Below the pieces are notes generated by a model, which was not told the origin of the DNA, made no database searches, and saw only the letters and a list, made by a program, of their open reading frames with translations. A DNA stretch of 17,596 bases from the NCBI RefSeq assembly GCF_006345805.1, contig NW_021824792.1:1-17596 (forward strand). Reading direction: 5' to 3'. The first letter of the stretch is position 1. Each line of letters starts with the position of its first letter. Positions 9,596 to 17,596 of the stretch are shown piece by piece. The position numbers and the translations under genes are program-made. This stretch comes from Octopus sinensis. Taxonomy: Eukaryota.

Positions 9596-10349
9596 CATTT
9601 TGGGAGAAAAACCCTGCGTCAACATACTCCCTCCACAACACTGATATCAAGAAATTCCTGTGCGAACGTGACCTAGGCATCACTGTCAGCAGTGGTGTGC
9701 GTTGGGACAAAGCATATCTCTAAAATTGTCAAGAAGCCGAGGGTGTCTTGGCATCACTCAGCAAGACTTTTGTTAGCCGCTCTCCAGCCATCTATTTAAA
9801 ACTGTATACAGCTATGTACGACCACACTTGAATTCGCATCATTAGTTTGGAACCCCTATCTTGCTCAGAACATTGACCTCCTGGAATCTGTCCAGAGACG
9901 TGCAACCAAACGCATACCCTCCATCAGACACCTACCATATTCTGAGCGCCTTGTATCCCTGGGCATGGATTCACTGAAGCTCCGGCGTCTGGACGGACTT
10001 GGTAAATACCCACAATGTTATCAACCACCTCACCAACAACAACACTGACACCTTTTTGATCTCCATGTGTCTAACACACGTGGACATGCCTACAAAGTAA
10101 GAAAACAACACAGCTCCCATGACTTCGGAAACATTTTTTCACGTCAGAGTTGCTGAAACATGGAATAAACTGCCTGCGTCAGTTGTTGACTGCCATGACA
10201 CTGCATCCTTTAAGGCCCTCAGGCTTTCCGAAATCCGCCGAAACTACACATATGATTATATATACACTGTAGATGAGTTGTAGTGCACCTGAGCACTGTA
10301 CACAATTATTATTATTTTATTATTATTATTTTATTATTATTATTATTAT
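9596..10349 (+). mobile_element. CR1-like LINE family A, 3' fragment (A0) with (ATT)n tail
   Basis: Near-identical to about 16502-17240. It encodes CERDLGITVSS...ESVQRRATK in broken frames. Confidence 0.92.
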
Positions 10350-10386
10350 ATATTATGTATATATATGTATATATAATCTATATCTA

Positions 10387-10441
<55 letters not shown>

Positions 10442-10572
10442 ATATCGATATATATACATTCTATGCATGTATATATATATATATATATAAGTCTATAGGT
10501 ATATGTATATGCAGCAGAAGTTGTACGTATATGTATATATGTATGTATATTTGTATATGTGTTTATATACAC

Positions 10573-12063
10573 TTGATTGGAACCTGTACCACACTGAACT
10601 ACAGCACCCAAACTGGCGTGATTTCTACAACTCTGGAGATGTGAATAATATACTCCAGAGTATCCTGGACTCAACATGGGCAGCATGTGCAGCATCAGTG
10701 CCACGTAAACAGAAAAAGTAGAACCGCCCCAAAAGGGCAATTTGGGAAACATCTGCGGTCCGACTTGCCAGGAAGGAACGTCGGACTGCTGAATGGGAAT
10801 ACAAGTTGCATAAATCAGACACCGACAGGAAAAAGCGGAATAAATCTTCCAACCATCTCAAGCAAGTGACATAAAAAGCAGTGCTTGAATTTGAACAGTG
10901 CATAGCAGCCAATCCTGACAGCAAGGTTTTCTGGAAATATGTGCATTGAAAGCAGAGACCTCACTCTCCAGTGGGCCCTCTTCGCAACCCTCACACAAAC
11001 CAGATCACTGACGACCCCAAGGAATTCGCAGAACTCATTGCCGAGTGCTATGCAAATATATTCACTGTTGAAAGTCAAAATGTACCATCATCACCATCAC
11101 TAACAGCAAATTCCAGAACAATTATGGAATTTACACCTGCAGTGCTGCGACGTCGCTTTCAAAATAAGCCAAACTATGCCTCCCCTGGTCTTGATGGAGT
11201 TACATACCTGCTTCTCAAACGTGGCAGGTACTTCCTTTTACACCAGCTTTCTATTTTCTTCCAGTACTGTCTCAACAATGGTGCTACTACGGAGCAGTGG
11301 AAAACCGCCAGTGTCATTCCTCTGTTCAAAAAGGGCGACCGCACATCACCTGTCAACTATCGCACAGTCAGTCTCACTAGCTGTATTGCAAAACTAATGA
11401 AATCGTGTATCAGAGAAACACTCTGGAACTTCTGGAGCTCTCACAGTCTCATCCGACCCTCACAATATGGATTTGTCCCTAACTCCAGCTGCAGTGATCA
11501 GCTTGTCGAGTTCCTTGAGGACATTACTCAGATCACTGACAGTGGCTCATGGGTGGATGTTGTCTACCTTGACTTTGCTAAGGCTTTCAACTCTCTGCCA
11601 TACAAAAGGCTTATGGTAAAACTCTCTGCAATGGGTGTGAGGGATGACCTTTTTAACTGGTTGAAATCCTTCATTCTCAGCCGAAAGGAGGTAGTCACAG
11701 TTCTAGGACAGCATTCTACACCATATGAGATGTCATCGGGTGTACCACAGGGATCTGTCCTTGGTCCCCTCTTGTTTGTGGCATACATTAATGACATAGA
11801 TGCCAATTTAAAGAATGCCACAGTATTGAAATATGCAGACGACATCAAGCTGTACCTTGAAATCAAGAGGACAGATCCTGATGTCTACAACTCTTTCCTG
11901 CAATCAGACCTAGACACAATGCAGCAATGGATCACAGACTGGCAACTGAAACTGGCTGTGGACAAGTGTACCACCATACATTTTGGGAGTAAAAACTCTG
12001 CGTCCACATACTCCCTCCACAACACTGATATCAAGAAATCCTCTTGCGAGCGTGACCTAGGCA
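10573..12063 (+). mobile_element. CR1-like LINE family A, copy A1, 5' portion (RT domain)
   Basis: ORF 10971-12140 has SPGLDG, WKTASVIPLFKKG, NYRTVSLTS, QYGF, YLDFAKAFN, GVPQGSVLGPLLF and YADD. It is paralogous to 15096-16585. Confidence 0.95.
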
Positions 12064-12154
12064 GGATATCTCTCGACTGGAAAGTTCTGAGAATCCAGGA
12101 ACACATTCTGGTGACCATATTAACTTTGCTGTGTATATGAGCGGCCCACCTTCT
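12062..12154 (-). mobile_element. CR1-like LINE family B internal fragment (B3)
   Basis: Matches 4721-4813 and has the same downstream flank. The minus strand encodes RMCSWILRTFQSRD. Confidence 0.85.
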
Positions 12155-12197
12155 ATATATATGTATATCTATCTGTCTGTCTGTGTGTCTATCTACG

Positions 12198-12256
<59 letters not shown>

Positions 12257-12417
12257 ATATATATATATATATATATACCACATGCATACACATATATATA
12301 GACATACATGTAAATATATGTATATACAACTATTTCATATATATTGTGTGTATATATATATATTATGTATGTATATATATATGTCTATATTTAAAGATAT
12401 ACATGTAAATATATGTA

Positions 12418-12461
<44 letters not shown>

Positions 12462-12486
12462 CATGTATATATGTATTATATACACT

Positions 12487-12808
12487 CATCCAAATATATG
12501 CTAATGTCTGCCTTTTCTTTTATTTGTTAAAATTATTGTCCGATATTTTTTAGTTGTTGCGTTGTTATATCTCTCTATGTTTTATTGCACCCACCCTCTG
12601 CCTATCTGTCTGCCTCTCTCTCCCTCCCCGCCCTCTCACTCTTAGTCTCTCCCTCTCATTTTCATAGTTAAGTCACGTTGCCGCTTTACTTAGGAAGTTA
12701 AATATTTAGAGGAGAAACAGATTAGATTTCTATCCAATAATGAATATTGTCCAATTTCGTAAGATTTGTTAAACCACACCCTAGCTGGAGCATTTTAGAT
12801 AAAAAAAC
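12487..12808. repeat. Block U copy 3; candidate exon 12694-12758
   Basis: Paralogous to 3491-3811. The frame reads EVKYLEEKQIRFLSNNEYCPI. Confidence 0.95.
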
Positions 12809-12837
12809 ATATATATATATGTATATATATATATATA

Positions 12838-13978
12838 CTAGCAGTATCGCCCGGCGTTGCTCGGGTTGTAAGGGAAATAACTATATAAGCATTTTTAGAG
12901 AGTTTAGCCAAAAAATAGCAAAAAAATGCATTTAAAATTGAAAAAAATTAAGGTAAATTTTTTTTAAATCGTTGACACATCGTAGATATTTTTAGAGAGT
13001 TACTTCCCTTATATAAAAGCGAAAAAATGCATTAAAATGGAAAAATATGATGGTATAAATTTTTTTAAAATCGTAGACTCATCGTAGACGCGCGCTAATA
13101 CCCAGAAGGGCTCGATATGAATCACGACTATAAGATACCCGCTTTTGGTTAAACTGCACCGCAAAATGTGGGAGTAGTTACGAATCTAAATCGAACGGGA
13201 CAGACACACAACTTCACTCTTATATAAAAATGCTTTTTTTTTCAGTCATAGAGTTAGATTTATGAAGGTCTTCAGTAGAAAATCCTTCGAATTCTGACTC
13301 GCTGCTTGATATAATGAAATTCGTATCCATTTTTTGTCAGAATTACAAATTTTGAAAACACAATAGGAACAAATTTTGGAAAAAAATCTCCCATAATTCA
13401 CGGAATTAAAATTACACTTCGATTTTTGTACAAAACTGTATTTGAAGTGTTTACGAAGTATAATACGTGTTTTCACGAATGTACTAAAGAGATTTACTCT
13501 GATATTCTCATTAAATATGAATAGGTAAATTCGGCGGTTTGGTAACGAAAGGGTTTATATAAGTGTCGTCTGTTTATACATAAACACTGTTTCATACTGT
13601 CGCGAATTTACTCTCTTCCAAGAACATTTTCACTCACTCTTCTCTGTTAGCTTCCCATACATTTTACTCATGTATCTATCAGCATGATAGAGAGAAACAA
13701 TATTCATCTAGTTTCACTTTATTCGTTGCCCACTGTGTGTGTGCGTTTGCGTGTGCTGTAAACCAGACTAAGAAAAGCATTTGACACACACACCAGAATG
13801 TGAGTTTTCTGTAAATTTTGCTTAATTGGAGTTTAAATTTTAAAAACTGGACCTGGCATGACGCGATGCGTTGTACTCTTAAAAATGGTAGGTAAATTGT
13901 AATTGAAGAAATCCTATATTGTAGATTTGTATAACTCCCAAAGGGAGGCAGATAAAATCTGCCTTTTATAATAAGAGA
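12838..13978 (-). mobile_element. Non-autonomous Helitron (about 1,141 bp), possibly composite
   Basis: On the minus strand the 5' end is A|TCTCTTATTATAAAAGG (13978). The 3' end is the hairpin CCCGAGCAACGCCGGG (12850-12865), then 8 nt, then CTAG|T (12838). It is inserted at A|T in (TA)n with no target duplication, which are canonical Helitron termini. No Rep/helicase ORF is seen. Confidence 0.75.
12891..13088. repeat. Two imperfect 97-100-bp tandem units inside the Helitron
   Basis: ATTTTTAGAGAGTT...AAAAAATGCATT...AAATCGT(T/A)GAC(A/T)CATCGTAGA starts at 12891 and 12988. Confidence 0.8.
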
Positions 13979-14086
13979 TATATAAATATATATATATATA
14001 TAAATGCACATATATATATATTGTGTGTATATATATTTGTGTGTGTGTGTCTATATATAATTATTTCATATATATATATTGTGTAT

Positions 14087-14728
14087 GTGACCTAGGCATC
14101 ACTGTCAGCAGTGATTTGCGTTGGACAAAGCACATCTCTAAAATTGTCAAGAAGGCCGAGGGTGTCTTGGCATCAACTCAGCAAGACATTTGTTAGCCGC
14201 TCTCCAGCCATCTATAAAAAACTGTATACAGCTATGGTACGACCCACACTTGGAATTCGCATCATTAGTTTGGACCCCTATCTTGCAGAACATTGACCTC
14301 CTGGAATCTGTCCAGAGACGTGCAACCAAACGCATACCCTCCATCAGACACCTACCATATTCTGAGCGCCTTGTTTCCCTGGGTATGGATTCACCGGAGT
14401 TCCGGCATCTGGCGACGGACTTGGTAAACACCCACAAAGTTATCAACTACCTCACCAACAACAACACTGAACACCTTTTTGATCTCCATGTGTCTACACC
14501 ACGTGGGACATGCCTACAAAGTAAGAAAACAACACAGCTCCCATGACTTTCGGAAACATTTTTTCACGCTCAGAGTTGCTGAAGCATGGAATAAACTGCC
14601 TGCGTCAGTTGTTGACTGCCATGACACTGCATCCTTTAAGGCCCTCATGCTTTCCGAAATCCGCCGAAACTACACCTGATTATATATACACTTTAGATGA
14701 GTTGTAGTGCACCTGAGCACTGTGCACA

Positions 14729-14787
<59 letters not shown>
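14087..14787 (+). mobile_element. CR1-like LINE family A, 3' portion (resumes copy A1) with (ATT)n tail
   Basis: Begins at GTGACCTAGGCA, the same 12-mer at which 10573-12063 ends, and matches 16574-17240. Confidence 0.92.
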
Positions 14788-14791
<4 letters not shown>

Positions 14792-14846
14792 TATGTATAT
14801 ATATGTATATATATCTATATCTATATCTATCTATCTATCTATCTAA

Positions 14847-14950
<104 letters not shown>

Positions 14951-15095
14951 GATATATATATATCGATATATATACATTCTATGCATGTATATATATATAT
15001 ATATATAATAAGTCTATAGGTATAATGTTATGCAGCAGAAGTTGTACGTATATATATATATATGTATGTATATTTGTATATGTGTTTATATACAC

Positions 15096-17240
15096 TTGAT
15101 TGGAACCTGTACCACACTGAACTACAGCACCCAAACTGGCGTGATTTCTACAACTCTGGAGATGTGAATAGTATACTCCAGAGTATCCTGGACTCAATAT
15201 GGGCAGCATGTGCAGCATCAGTGCCACGTAAACAGAAAAAGAAGAACCGCCCCAAAAGAGCAATTTGGGAGACTTCAGCGGTCCGACTTGCCAGGAAGGA
15301 ACGTCGGACTGCTGAATGGGAATACAAGTTGCATAAATCAGACACCGACAGGAAAAAGCGGAATAAATCTTCCAACCATCTCAAGCAAGTGACATAAAAA
15401 GCAGTGCTTGAATTTGAACAGTGCATAGCAGCCAATCCTGACAGCAAGGTTTTCTGGAAATATGTGCATTGGAAGCAGAGACCTCACTCTCCAGTGGGCC
15501 CTCTTCGCAACCCTCACACAAACCAGATCACTGACGACCCCAAGGAATTCGCAGAACTCATTGCCGAGTGCTATGCAAATATATTCACTGTTGAAAGTCA
15601 AAATGTACCATCATCACCATCACTAACAGCAAATTCCAGAACAATTATGGAATTTACACCTGCAGTGCTGCGACGTCGCTTTCAAAATAAGCGCAACTAT
15701 GCGCCCCTGGTCTTGATGGAGTTACATACCTGCTTCTCAAACGTGCAGGTACTTCCTTTTACCAACCACTTTCTATTTTCTTCCAGTACTGTGTCTCAAC
15801 AATGTGGTGCTACTGGAGCAGTGGAAAACCGCCAGTGTCATTCCTCTGTTCAAAAAGGGCGACCGCACATCACCTGTCAACTATTGCACAGTCAGTCTCA
15901 CTAGCTGTATTGAAAAACTAATGAAATCGGTATCAAAGAAACACTCTGGAACTTTCTGGAGCTCTCACAGTCCTCATCCGACCCTCACAATATGGATTTG
16001 TCCCTAACTCCAGCTTGCAGTGATCAGCTTGTCGAGTTCCTTGAGGACATTACTCATATCACTGACAGTGGCTCATGGGTGGATGTTGTCTACCTTGACT
16101 TTGCTAAGGCTTTCAACTCTCTGCCATACAAAAGGCTTATGGTAAAACTCTCTGCAATGGGTGTGAGGGATGACCTTTTTAACTGGTTGAAATCTCATTC
16201 TCAGCCGAAAGGAGGTAGTCACAAGTTCTAGGACAGCATTCCTACACCATATGAGATGTCATCGGGTGTACCACAGGGATCTGTCCTGGACCCCTATTGT
16301 TTGTGCATCATTAATGACATAGATGCCAATTTAAGAATGCCACAGTATTGAAATATGCAGACGACATCAAGCTGTACCTTGAAATCAAGAGGACAGATCC
16401 TGATGTCTACAACTCTTTCCTGCAATCAGACCTAGACACAAAGCAGCAATGGATCACAGACTGGCAACTGAAACTGGCTGTGAACAAGTGTATCACCAAT
16501 ACATTTTGGAGAAAAAACCCTGCGTCCACATACCTCCTCCACAACACTGATATCAAGAAATCCTCTTGCGAGCGTGACCTAGGCATCACTGTCAGCAGTG
16601 ATTTGCGTTGGACAAAGCATATCTCTAAAATTGTCAAGAAGGCCGAGGGTGTCTTGGCATCACTCAGCAAGACTTTTGTTAGCCGCTCTCCAGCCATTAT
16701 TTAAAACTGTATACAGCTATGGTACGACCACACTTGGAATTCGCATCATTAGTTGGAACCCTATCTTGCTCCAGAACATTGACTTCCTGGAATCTGTCCA
16801 GAGACGTGCAACCAAACGCATACCCTCCATCAGACACCTACCATATTCTGAGCGCCTTGTTTCCCTGGGCATGGATTCACTGAAGCTCCGGCGTCTGGCG
16901 AGGGACTTGGTAAATACCCACAATGTTATCAACCACCTCACCAACAACAACACTGAACACCTTTTTGATCTCCATGTGTCTAACACACGTGGACATGCCT
17001 ACAAAGTAAGAAAGCAACACAGCTCCCATGACTTCGGAAACATTTTTTCACGCTCAGAGTTGCTGAAGCAGGGAATAAACTGCCTGCGTCAGTTGTTGAC
17101 TGCCATGACACTGCATCCTTTAAGGCCCTCATGCTTTCCGAAATCCGCCGAAACTACACCTGATTATATATACACTTTAGATGAGTTGTAGTGCGCCTGA
17201 GCACTGTACACAATTATTATTAATATTATTATTATTTTAT
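15096..17240 (+). mobile_element. CR1-like LINE family A, copy A2 (5'-truncated, about 2.1 kb, many frameshifts)
   Basis: Linker, RT and C-terminal region are spread across ORFs 15062-15397, 15404-15904, 15804-16007, 15992-16231, 16348-16704 and 16598-17191, followed by an (ATT)n tail. Confidence 0.95.
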
Positions 17241-17253
17241 TTATATATATATA

Positions 17254-17596
17254 CAACTGGCGATGTTTGTCAAATCAGATTTCGGACTCCATGTCCCACC
17301 CAAGTGGAGAGTTATAGTTTACAGAGACATATCTTGGTGAACGAAGTTTATTCGAGATTTTTTGATGGAATTTTTCCAGAGACTTCTTGAACTTTATGGG
17401 GTCTGTTTCTGCTTTAATGTGTTTTGATATCATGTTAAAGAGAGTGGGGCCACTTGATGTGAAATAATTGTGCCAAATTGTTATTATGAGATGCAAGTGG
17501 GGTTTATGTGGTTGGTCGATCGCATGGGGCAGAAGTCTTGGGTATATCTTAAAGGAGATGCTAGCATAATTCGGGAAATGCTGCTGGAATATTTTC
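17254..17596 (-). mobile_element. CR1-like LINE family B, 3' part (B4), runs off the window
   Basis: Paralogous to about 4152-4493. The minus strand encodes HLHLIITIWHNYFTSSGPTLFNMISKHIKAETDPIKFKKSLEKF. Confidence 0.9.

Noticed and set aside
10971-12140. 389-aa ORF as an active reverse transcriptase gene
   Set aside because: The copy is 5'-truncated with no endonuclease, has upstream stops, and its C-terminus runs into an unrelated LINE-B fragment.
12064-14086. Helitron-mediated transduction as the cause of the 2-kb insert
   Set aside because: The insert extends about 108 bp beyond the Helitron 5' end and is flanked by a 12-bp duplication, which Helitrons do not make.

Overview
Eukaryotic, very AT-rich, microsatellite-saturated DNA. 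It is probably animal, and the repeat families look cephalopod/Octopus-like (inference from recalled repeat sequences, not from a search). No intact host gene is supported. The window is a nest of retroelement and rolling-circle element remnants. (i) 1-2750: CA/TA low-complexity DNA with a 3x153-bp tandem repeat and two convergent Penelope-like fragments, each carrying a minimal type I hammerhead ribozyme motif. The one at 2501-2543 (-) has an intact core; the one at 1685-1719 (+) is degenerate. (ii) A 5'-truncated, decayed RTE-clade LINE (5045-8564) with APE and RT domains, a PHD-like insertion and a structured 3' UTR. (iii) Two CR1-like LINE families: 'A' on + as three tandem copies, and 'B' on - as four fragments. 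(iv) A truncated SINE and an approx. 1.14-kb non-autonomous Helitron. All of these sit in a locally repeated composite unit (B fragment - microsatellite - approx. 320-bp unique block U - microsatellite). U holds a candidate 65-bp exon that is open in all three copies. One LINE-A copy is split by a 2-kb block of this unit flanked by a 12-bp direct repeat. Most ORFs in the supplied track are microsatellite translation artefacts.
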